The notes below the pieces were generated by a model, which saw only the letters and a program-made list of their open reading frames with translations, did no database searches and was not told the DNA's origin. A stretch of 41,633 bases of DNA from Candidatus Limnocylindrales bacterium (GTDB taxonomy: Bacteria; Chloroflexota; Limnocylindria; Limnocylindrales; CSP1-4): the NCBI GenBank assembly GCA_046704485.1, contig JBJKRU010000141.1:1-41633 (forward strand), given 5' to 3'. The position numbers and the translations under genes are program-made. Each line of letters starts with the position of its first letter. Within the stretch, counting starts at the first letter, position 1. Shown here one piece after another: positions 7,231 to 15,285 of the stretch.

Positions 7231-9032
7231 TGGACGTCAGCTAGCCCGTAGACCCTCGGGCGCAGCCAGAGGCCGGATGCGCCGAGCCCGTTCCGGGTGC
7301 TCTCGGCGCTACTGCCCCCAACCGTCTCAATGCCGGCCACGCGAAGCCCGGTCAAGGTGACTGGAAACGGGTCACCACCCGCGGCGCGCTGCCCCTCGGC
7401 GATCGCCTGCGAGAAGCCCTCTGACGTCACCCCGATCTGCCTCCCGTTGTGGTCAAGAGAGTAGACGGCGCGGGCGGTTCCATCCACGACGGATCGTCTG
7501 AGCCTGAGCTTGACTGGATCGCCGACGGCAACGGAAGACGAGAGGTACTTTTGAATCTCTGAAGGTCGGGCGTCGATGTGCGCCGCACCTGCTGGGATGG
7601 CCCATTCGACGTCGTCGGACAGGACTTCGAGCTGCCGCAGGCGGCCGCGCGCTCCCGACCGCACCCACCGATTGTCCTGCCCGCGCCGCCGCCTCAGGCC
7701 GCGTGACTCGGGCTCCGGCAGCAAGTAGAGCTCCTCGCGAGCCCGGGTCATGCCGACATAGGCCACTCTGAGGTCGTCGGGTCCTTCAAGGTCGGCGGAT
7801 TCAACCCCGCAGAGGAACACAACATCCCACTCGAGGCCCTTGGCTCGATGGATCGTCGAAACTGAAACTTGGCTAGAAGGCGGCTCGACCAGCTCGACGG
7901 GGAGCCTTCGGGTTCGCAGCCTCGAGACGAGGACGCGGAGCGACAACTCGGGCGTCGATCGACCCTCCGCTCGCTTCAGCGCCTTCCACGCACGTTCCGG
8001 CTCGGCGTCGAGGGAGGCATCAGCGACCAGCCGATCAAGGAAGTCGGCCTTGGCGATCGTCGGGTACTGGTAGCCGGACATGGTGCGGGCAAGCCAGGCT
8101 CCTATCCACGCATCACTGGCGTCCCCGTGCAGTCGGTGAGGGATGCCCGCCGCGTCCAGGCCGCGCGAGACAGTCAGGGCTTGGCATCCGTACCGGCATA
8201 GGACAGCTGCGCTCCCATGATCGGCAGTGGCCGTCCTGATGATCATGGCTGCTCGGGGTAGCTCGAACGGGTGGAGCCGGTCGAGCTCCGACGCGATCGA
8301 GCCCGCAGTCGGAGTCCCCGTCCGGCCAAGGGCCCAGGCCCGTACTGCGTGGCCGCTGTCGGCAACCCGCGCGGCGAGCGCTGTCTTCGCCCGGAAGTTC
8401 TTCGTCAGCTCTGCAACGTGGGGCTTGGGCTGACGCTCGAGCACTCGGGTCAGGAACTGGCGGCTCGTGAGCTTCGATGTGGACTCATCGAGCGTCCAGT
8501 CGTATACGCCTTGGGCTGGGTCGCCGAGAAGGGTCATCCCGGCATCCGGCGAGAGGCGCTGGAGCATCCGGTCGACGAACTCAGCCCGGTCGCCCACAAG
8601 ATCTTGGACCTCGTCGACTACCACGTGCCTGAACTCCCGCACGATTGCCGCGATCTCCTCATCGTGCTCGACGAGCCGGGTCGCACTCCTGATCCTGCCA
8701 GCGTAGGACTCCTCGTGCCAGTCGCCGTAGGGCTCGTGGACCGCCAGCAATCGACTCGCGTAGGAGTCGATGGTGGCGATCGGGAACCCGGCCACCACAG
8801 CGCCTTCGCTGTGGACCCTCGACTTCAGGGCACTGACTGCGGCGTTTGAGAAGCTCAGGATCAGCACGGCGGAAGGCGACAGCCCTGCGGACGAGCACAG
8901 CCAGCTGAGACGCCGGGCCACGACCTCGGTCTTGCCAGTTCCGGCCGCAGCGAGCACGACCACCCGGGAGGTGATCTCCGCCTCGACGACCTGGCGCTGC
9001 TCGCTCGTCAGGGGATTAGGCTGAATCGTCAT
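7212..9032 (-). CDS. UvrD/Rep-like SF1 helicase with an unassigned C-terminal extension of about 160 aa
   Basis: Track ORF is 7212..9215. I trimmed the start to ATG 9032..9030 (MTIQPNPLTSEQRQVV), which forms an ATGA overlap with the stop of the upstream giant gene. Motifs: LAAAGTGKTEVVA, ILSFSNAAVSAL, VVDEVQDL, LLGDPAQGVY, LTKNFRA, STIHRAKGLEWDVVFL, YVGMTRAREELYLL. Confidence 0.85.
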   Translation of the reverse strand: MTIQPNPLTSEQRQVVEAEITSRVVVLAAAGTGKTEVVARRLSWLCSSAGLSPSAVLILSFSNAAVSALKSRVHSEGAVVAGFPIATIDSYASRLLAVHEPYGDWHEESYAGRIRSATRLVEHDEEIAAIVREFRHVVVDEVQDLVGDRAEFVDRMLQRLSPDAGMTLLGDPAQGVYDWTLDESTSKLTSRQFLTRVLERQPKPHVAELTKNFRAKTALAARVADSGHAVRAWALGRTGTPTAGSIASELDRLHPFELPRAAMIIRTATADHGSAAVLCRYGCQALTVSRGLDAAGIPHRLHGDASDAWIGAWLARTMSGYQYPTIAKADFLDRLVADASLDAEPERAWKALKRAEGRSTPELSLRVLVSRLRTRRLPVELVEPPSSQVSVSTIHRAKGLEWDVVFLCGVESADLEGPDDLRVAYVGMTRAREELYLLPEPESRGLRRRRGQDNRWVRSGARGRLRQLEVLSDDVEWAIPAGAAHIDARPSEIQKYLSSSVAVGDPVKLRLRRSVVDGTARAVYSLDHNGRQIGVTSEGFSQAIAEGQRAAGGDPFPVTLTGLRVAGIETVGGSSAESTRNGLGASGLWLRPRVYGLADVQWGDEK

Positions 9033-12000
9033 CCCCTGTCGAAGAGGTAGTCGAAGTGGCGGAATGCGAGCTGCCCGCCGAAGCGAAGGATGTTGTCCTC
9101 CACGTTCACGATCAAGCACTCGTCCTTTCCGCCGTTCATCGGGCCGCGTAGCCCGCGCCCGATCATCTGCTGGTAGAGGCCCGGGCTGAGGGTTGGGCGG
9201 GCGACGATGACGCACCGAACGGATGGGGCGTCGAAACCCTCAGCGAGCACTCCGTAGTTGGTCAGTACGCGGAGGTCGCCGTGGTTGAACTGGTCGACGT
9301 AGTGCCGCCGCGCCGCCGGGTTGGTATTGCCGTGGATGACCGCCGCTCGAACGCCCCGCAGACCGAGAATGGCGGCCAGCTGCTGCGCATGCGAGACCGA
9401 CGTCGCGAAGACGAGGATCTTCCATGTCGGGTCGAGTTGGAGGACGGTGCGTAGGATCGTCTCGTTTCGGGATTGGTCCTCGCCGAGCTGCTCCTCGATC
9501 TCGATTGGCAGCCGCTGCTCCCGCATCGCCTTGTCGGCCTGCTCCTCGCTCAGGTCGACGGTCCCGCCCGTGAGGATCTGCTGCTTCGCCCGCGCGAGCA
9601 CCCGCATTTCCTGAAGCGCTTCGGTGGGGTGGTCTCCGAGCACGCCGTCATCCAGCATGGTGGAGCCGTAACGTCGCAGGAGGCGTTCCGTACCCTCGAC
9701 GCTAGACCCCTTGAACGGGGTCGCAGTGAGACCCAGCAGTGGGCAGCGGTCTCGCTCCTTTTCCCGGCCGAGTCCGAGCCAGTGGAAGATCTTCGTGTAC
9801 CCCGTTTCTGTGGAGCCGTGCGCTTCGTCGACGATCACGACCGAGGCACGCGCCAGCCAGTCGTACTCGGGCTGCTCCCTCACGGAGGCGAGCTGCGCCG
9901 ACGTCGCGACGACGACGTGGGCCTCGCCTCGCTCGGAGGCCTCGGCGTCGCGGCCCTCCCACAGGCGGCTGATGCGGAGGCGGATCCTGGGACCGACGCT
10001 TCGCCAGACGTAGGCCCACGTCTGCACGGCCTGCTCGCAGAGCTCTTGCGTCGGCGCGCTCCAGAGGATAGGCCCGCGCATTCCGTCGTCGCGGATCGCC
10101 CTCACGAGCGCCTCTACGGTGACGCGCGTCTTGCCCGCCCCTGTTGGCAGGGAGAGGAGCGCTCGCTTGTTCTCGCGGCTGGCGAGGTGTAGTCGGATGC
10201 GCCGCGTCAGCTCCTCCTGGAACGGGTGGAGAGGTGGCAGCTCGGCGGGTCCGTCGACCTCCAGGAGTGGATCGAGGCGAGGCTCCTCGAAGCCCGCGTA
10301 CTCCCGTGGAAGGCCGAGGGCCTGCACGAAGCGGCGGGCGTTGGGCGCCCCACTCCACCGTTCCGGCGGCGCCAACCCCCTCTGTAGGAGCTCGTGCCGG
10401 AACTCCCGGAAGAGGTCGATGCCGTACACGCTTGAGGCCAGCCCAGCCAGCGCGAAGTCGTCGAGTGCGCCTTCGGTCTCCTCCACGCCGGCGATCATCT
10501 GCGGGGAGAGATGCCGCCTGATCGCCTCGGCGCCCACTGCCCGCAGGAGCTTGGCACGCTCGTCCGGCTCTTGGCGGACCTCGGCAAGGAGCTGACCACG
10601 CCGATCGTTCTCGCGTCCGGAGAGGATCTCCTGCACGTCCGCGTCGTTGAGGCCGAGGTCAAGCTCAGCGCTCAGCCGGTGGAGCAGCGCTGCATCGTTG
10701 GGCGAGTCCGGTTCGCGCCAATACAGCTTCTCCGCCTCGCGGACGAAGTTGATCCTCGACGCCCGGAGCCCACCGGGCCCGACAGAGACGAATCGCAGGT
10801 CACTGCACCGAACCAGTTCCAGCTGCCTGTCGCGGCGCTGGACGAAGGGTCGGAGGTCGGGAAACGCCTCGAGCAGCGGGACCGGGCCCTGGAGCGGAAC
10901 CGCATCCACGTGAGTCTCGATGAGCCCTCGGAGGGGCGCCACGCCCCATGCCGCAGCGAGATCCCCCGCGAGGACGGCATCGGGCAGATAGAGGACGGCC
11001 GTGTCGGACTCCGCCGCGGCGGCAGCCTCGTTCGGATCAGCGGTCAGGAACACGGCGTCGGTGGGGCGTACCTCCGGTCTGCCGCCGACGACGCAGCGTA
11101 GTCGTGACGGTCGGGCAGCATGACGAAACGCCGTCAGGTACAGGGCAGCGGCATTCGCTGGCGACACGTCCTCGGCCGCGGTCAGGGCGGCGGCCCACTG
11201 TAGGCTGTCCAGATCTGCTGGGCTTTCCGGCAATCCAAGGCGGCGCGCCCATTGCTCGGTGCACGTGACCACGGGGAGTACGGAGCCTAGGTGGCGAAGG
11301 CCGGGACCCACCGCCTGCGAGGCTGGCGCTGGACCGAGGCTCGTTGGGAGTAACCCATACTGCCGGACGAACCAGCTGACTGGGTCTATGACCTCGATCG
11401 CCGGATACGTCTTCATGGTGGCGTGCTCGACCTTCCATATCCGGTGGTCGGGCTCGGTGCCGACGATCTGCGCCGTGAACCGGGCAACCGCGGGCTCCGA
11501 CAGGTGGAGCATCGGCGACAGTGGTCCGAGGACGCCCGAGAGGCTGAGCTTCAGGTAGTCACGATCCGGGCGCTGGCGAAGGTCGCGGGTCGCGGCCTCG
11601 TATGAGTCTCGGGCGTCCGAGAGGTAGTCGTCGAGCCACCATTCGTTCGGGAATGCTCCGTCGTGGATCGGGCCTGCCTGGACCCCGAGCCCGCGAACAA
11701 CGTCCAGCGTCCCGTCGTGGTAGGCCACGTCGACGGTACTCCGAGCGTCATCCCCGTCGACCTCGGTGAGGACGCCGCCCGGCAGGAGTACGTACCGTCG
11801 ATCCTCGAAGGTGCCCCCAGCGGTCCTGAACTTGACAAGGGAACTCGCGACTGGCCTTGCTCGCAGGAGGGAGAGCGCTCGGTCCCCCGGGAGCTGGGCC
11901 GTGTCCCGCCAGAACCGGTCCCAGTCGCCGAAGCCGTGCTCGATCTGTCGCAGCAAGCCAGCGTACTCGTCCTCGAGCCCGACGTCGCGGATCTGGCGGT

Positions 12001-13747
12001 CCAGCAGGATCCGGTACGCCTCCGGATCCTGTTGAACCTCGGGATGGACGCGGAGCAGCTCGGTCGTCGACCCGGGCCTGTAGAGGAACACCGTCCGGGG
12101 GTCGACGGCAGTGGCGCTTCCGTCGGCGGTGAGAAGGATCTGAGCGGCGCGAACAGACCCCTCCTCGTGCCGACGGAGGTTCGCCGAGAGGCACGCCTCA
12201 GCCACCTTGAGGGCAGCGATGCTCGACGCCGGCTGGCCGTCGGCTGCCAGCGCCTCGAGCCAGGAGGAGTAGTCCGCGGCAGCGTTGCGGTCGCCGTGGA
12301 GGCGCTCAGCCTTCGACCGCCGCTCTCGCGTGGTCAGGACCGAGTGGTGCAGCCAGTCGCGCGGACGGCCTTCGAACGCCTCCCAGGTCGAGAGGGCCGC
12401 CTCCGGAGCCTCGCTCGGCGGGAACTTCACCTCGCTTCGCGGTCGCAGGAGGCCGGATTGGTCTGGAAGGCAGGGCATATGCGACGCGAGTGCATAGACC
12501 TGATCGCCGATGACGCCGTCGGCCCAGCTGGGGGATTCCCTGCCGCGGGCAGGGAGGATGTCGAAGAGGCGCCCGGGATCCTCTGGCGTCACGAGACGCG
12601 CGAGGTTCTCGGCGACAAGCTCCGCCGCCACCTGAACGAGCTCCCGGTTGAAGTCGCCCTCGAGGAGCGCCTGCCGGTCGTTGTTCGTCTTCCACGGCGC
12701 GTTGATGATGCCGGAGAGGGTTGTCTCTTCCTCTGTTGGAAAGAACGCCCAGAAGCGCCCCCGCCTGAGTTGGCCAGCAGTCCGCACTGCCCAGATAACC
12801 GGCACGACATCGCGGCGCGAGATCTCGCCTGCGTCGGCCTTGGCTGCGTCGGACGGTCGGTGGTCGCGCCGGAAAGTCATCCAGCGCGTGGCGCGGCCAT
12901 CCTCGATGAGCTCCAGCTCCTCCCCTGACGGCCGGACGCTTCCCACCCGGTACAGCCCGCTGGTGCGGTCCTCAATGGCAAGCGTTCCCACGTGGGGAGA
13001 GAAGAGCAGGAACTCTGCGGGGAACCGCTGCAGGTCCTCAGAGAGCCACTTGGCTGCGTCCAGGTCTCGCGGCAACTTGACCACAGTGGTCGCCCAGGCC
13101 ATGAGCTCCCGGAGGACCTCGTCGTCGGCCGCCGCGCCATCTGGCTCAAGAGGTACTGCCGTGCGGAGATAGGGCACGCGCTCGGCTCGCGGCCTGATCT
13201 GCCGGATCTGGCGTTCCGCTTCGGTTGGGTCGAAGCGGAACGACCCGGACCGGCTGAGGAACATGGGACGCCGTGTGATCGCGAGGACGGACTTGAAGCC
13301 GAGGCCGAAGCGGCCGATCTCGCTGCCTCTCTTGACGGAGAGGTCCGACATCAGGAGGGCGTTAACGCCGTCCACGGACAGGGGGCGCCCCTCGTTCGCG
13401 CAGTAGAGGGCGTGGTCCGTGAGGACGAGCTTCACCATGCCGCCCGGCTGGCTTATCAGTTCGTCGGCGGCGTTCTGGACAAGTTCGTAGACCTGCCGCC
13501 TGCCGTACCCCCCTTGGGCCGTGCCGAGCTCTTTGTTGGCATGCTCGTCGATCAGCAGGTGATCGTCGCGATACGTCGCGAGAGCCTTTGCGGATCGTTC
13601 GGCGACCTGGCTCGCCACAGTCGAGGAGGTGCCAGCCCAATCGGTGCCGCTGTAGATCGCGTCAGGGCGTTCGACATGTCGAAGCGGCAGCGGTGTCGGC
13701 TGGGCCGCGCTCGCCCCCGGTCCCGTCACCCAGCTTGCCCCCTGCAT
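9029..13747 (-). CDS. 1572-aa fusion protein: N-terminal sacsin/MORC-type GHKL ATPase, long unassigned central region, C-terminal Res-III/DEAH SF2 helicase
   Basis: GHKL (Bergerat) motifs: VYELVQNAADE, CANEGRPLSVDG, GRFGLGFKSVL. C-terminal helicase starts near residue 1197 (about 10159..9029): SLPTGAGKTRV, VIVDEAHGS, GLTATPFKG, VFATSVSHAQQLA, VLAEGFDAPSVRCVIVARP, QQMIGRGLRG. The antisense ORFs 11663..12928 and 12992..14161 are artefacts. Confidence 0.8.
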   Translation of the reverse strand: MQGASWVTGPGASAAQPTPLPLRHVERPDAIYSGTDWAGTSSTVASQVAERSAKALATYRDDHLLIDEHANKELGTAQGGYGRRQVYELVQNAADELISQPGGMVKLVLTDHALYCANEGRPLSVDGVNALLMSDLSVKRGSEIGRFGLGFKSVLAITRRPMFLSRSGSFRFDPTEAERQIRQIRPRAERVPYLRTAVPLEPDGAAADDEVLRELMAWATTVVKLPRDLDAAKWLSEDLQRFPAEFLLFSPHVGTLAIEDRTSGLYRVGSVRPSGEELELIEDGRATRWMTFRRDHRPSDAAKADAGEISRRDVVPVIWAVRTAGQLRRGRFWAFFPTEEETTLSGIINAPWKTNNDRQALLEGDFNRELVQVAAELVAENLARLVTPEDPGRLFDILPARGRESPSWADGVIGDQVYALASHMPCLPDQSGLLRPRSEVKFPPSEAPEAALSTWEAFEGRPRDWLHHSVLTTRERRSKAERLHGDRNAAADYSSWLEALAADGQPASSIAALKVAEACLSANLRRHEEGSVRAAQILLTADGSATAVDPRTVFLYRPGSTTELLRVHPEVQQDPEAYRILLDRQIRDVGLEDEYAGLLRQIEHGFGDWDRFWRDTAQLPGDRALSLLRARPVASSLVKFRTAGGTFEDRRYVLLPGGVLTEVDGDDARSTVDVAYHDGTLDVVRGLGVQAGPIHDGAFPNEWWLDDYLSDARDSYEAATRDLRQRPDRDYLKLSLSGVLGPLSPMLHLSEPAVARFTAQIVGTEPDHRIWKVEHATMKTYPAIEVIDPVSWFVRQYGLLPTSLGPAPASQAVGPGLRHLGSVLPVVTCTEQWARRLGLPESPADLDSLQWAAALTAAEDVSPANAAALYLTAFRHAARPSRLRCVVGGRPEVRPTDAVFLTADPNEAAAAAESDTAVLYLPDAVLAGDLAAAWGVAPLRGLIETHVDAVPLQGPVPLLEAFPDLRPFVQRRDRQLELVRCSDLRFVSVGPGGLRASRINFVREAEKLYWREPDSPNDAALLHRLSAELDLGLNDADVQEILSGRENDRRGQLLAEVRQEPDERAKLLRAVGAEAIRRHLSPQMIAGVEETEGALDDFALAGLASSVYGIDLFREFRHELLQRGLAPPERWSGAPNARRFVQALGLPREYAGFEEPRLDPLLEVDGPAELPPLHPFQEELTRRIRLHLASRENKRALLSLPTGAGKTRVTVEALVRAIRDDGMRGPILWSAPTQELCEQAVQTWAYVWRSVGPRIRLRISRLWEGRDAEASERGEAHVVVATSAQLASVREQPEYDWLARASVVIVDEAHGSTETGYTKIFHWLGLGREKERDRCPLLGLTATPFKGSSVEGTERLLRRYGSTMLDDGVLGDHPTEALQEMRVLARAKQQILTGGTVDLSEEQADKAMREQRLPIEIEEQLGEDQSRNETILRTVLQLDPTWKILVFATSVSHAQQLAAILGLRGVRAAVIHGNTNPAARRHYVDQFNHGDLRVLTNYGVLAEGFDAPSVRCVIVARPTLSPGLYQQMIGRGLRGPMNGGKDECLIVNVEDNILRFGGQLAFRHFDYLFDRG

Positions 13748-13891
13748 CGGCCTGCGTTGCGTCGGCCCTGCGTTGAGCGCCCGGCCTCGCCACCCGCAGT
13801 GTTACCCATCCGAGAGACGGCTCGCCAGCCCCCAGGAGTCCTGCATCCGCGCGGACACGGAGGAGGCGACGTGGTGCCCATCTTCTCGCCT

Positions 13892-15247
13892 TCAGGAGAG
13901 TCGGACCACCGCGAGATCCTCCGTGGACGGCGCCTCGCGGACCCCACCCAACTGGCCGATCTCGAGCTGCTCGGCGTCCGCGGCTGTTACCCTGGCGCGC
14001 GGCGGAGAGTCCAGCAGCGGGAGAACGCTCTGTCGGGCGATGTGCTCGGCGAGGAGCGGAGGGACGGCGTTCCCGATCTGCTTAGCGATCTGAACCTTGC
14101 TACCGCACCAGAGGAACCCGTCTGGGAACGTCTGGAGCACGGACCCTTCAAGCAAGGTTAGGGCGCGGTCCTGGGAGCGATATGGGTCGGACTCGTGCCA
14201 CTCGGGGTGCAGGTATCGCCCCTTCTCAGGCTTGAAGAACTCCGTCCGAATCGTCACGGACGGTTGTTCCCAGGACAGCCTTCCCATAACGTCCGTGGTG
14301 CCCGACCGCTTCTTCCGCCAACAGTCAAAGAGCAACTCCTCCGGCAAGTCGAAGCGGTTGCCGCCGGGTGGAACGTGTCGATACCGCTCGATGGATGCCG
14401 GGCGATAGGTCCGACCGACATGGATCTCGAGGCCGTGGAACGGGCCTGGGATCCGCTGGCCCGCGAACTCGATCGAGTTGCCCGGCAGGTCGATCGCTGA
14501 TGGCGCGAGTGGGATGGAGTTGGCCTCGAATGCCTCTCGGATCGTTGCCCAAGACACAACCGACCCATCCGGGGAGCCATGTCGCTGGTGACTCGGGACC
14601 GGGCCCGAGGGCTTGCCCACTCGAGACCCGATCACGAAGGCTCTGCGCCTGCGCTGCGGCACGCCGAAGTCCTCGGCGTTGAGCTCCCCTGACCAGATCT
14701 CATAGTCCCTCAGGGCGCCCGAGCCGAGTGCCTCAAGGAGAAGTTCGTAGTCCGGCGACTGGCGGAAGCGCGCCACGTTCTCGATCACGAACACTCGGGG
14801 TTCAGCGCGGCGGACGACCTCCAAGTAGTGGCGCCAGAGCTTGTTCCTCGGATCGTCCACGTCGCGCCGCCCGAGTCCCGAGAAGCCCTGACATGGCGGA
14901 CCGCCCACCACCACGTCAGCCTTCGGCACCTGCTCGAGGTCGAGCTTCGCGATGTCGCCGACGTGGACGATGGCACCGAAGTTCGCGGCGTAGGTGGCCG
15001 CCGCGGAGGGATCGAACTCGACAGCGAGCACGGGGCGAAGACCGGCGACCACGAAGCCTTGCGTGAGGCCGCCGCACCCGGCGAACAGATCGATGAGCGT
15101 GTGCTGAGTCACAGGCACATCGTATTTGACGGCTCCATGCAGATGCACGGTCCGGCCTGGGTCGCTGGAGGCAGCGTCGGACCTGCATCGCAGCGTCCCG
15201 ATGCACCGAGGGTCTCGGTTGCCGCGGTGGCTAGCCATTCGAAGCAC
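13892..15247 (-). CDS. DNA (cytosine-5)-methyltransferase (Dcm family; candidate DrmMII-type partner)
   Basis: Motif I DLFAGCGG, motif IV GGPPCQGFS, ENV, QRRRRAF, motif X GNAVPPLLAEHIA. The start is uncertain: in-frame GTGs down to 15112 would remove an Arg-rich leader. Confidence 0.9.
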   Translation of the reverse strand: MLRMASHRGNRDPRCIGTLRCRSDAASSDPGRTVHLHGAVKYDVPVTQHTLIDLFAGCGGLTQGFVVAGLRPVLAVEFDPSAAATYAANFGAIVHVGDIAKLDLEQVPKADVVVGGPPCQGFSGLGRRDVDDPRNKLWRHYLEVVRRAEPRVFVIENVARFRQSPDYELLLEALGSGALRDYEIWSGELNAEDFGVPQRRRRAFVIGSRVGKPSGPVPSHQRHGSPDGSVVSWATIREAFEANSIPLAPSAIDLPGNSIEFAGQRIPGPFHGLEIHVGRTYRPASIERYRHVPPGGNRFDLPEELLFDCWRKKRSGTTDVMGRLSWEQPSVTIRTEFFKPEKGRYLHPEWHESDPYRSQDRALTLLEGSVLQTFPDGFLWCGSKVQIAKQIGNAVPPLLAEHIARQSVLPLLDSPPRARVTAADAEQLEIGQLGGVREAPSTEDLAVVRLS

Positions 15248-15285
15248 CGCGAGGCTCCCTTGCCTCGAAGGGCGGAGGCGCCTGG

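Noticed and set aside
13751-13775. 9-mer CCTGCGTTG repeated twice, 16 nt apart, just upstream of the giant gene's start codon
   Set aside because: There are only two copies of a short G/C-rich word in high-GC DNA, which is too weak to call an operator.
4066-14161. Long plus-strand ORFs inside the defence operon (for example 4066..4794, 5308..6225, 6229..6960, 9473..10192, 11663..12928, 12992..14161)
   Set aside because: They lie antisense to minus-strand genes with complete helicase or GHKL motif sets. Their translations are rich in Arg, Val, Asp, Glu and Gly in the way reverse-frame products are.
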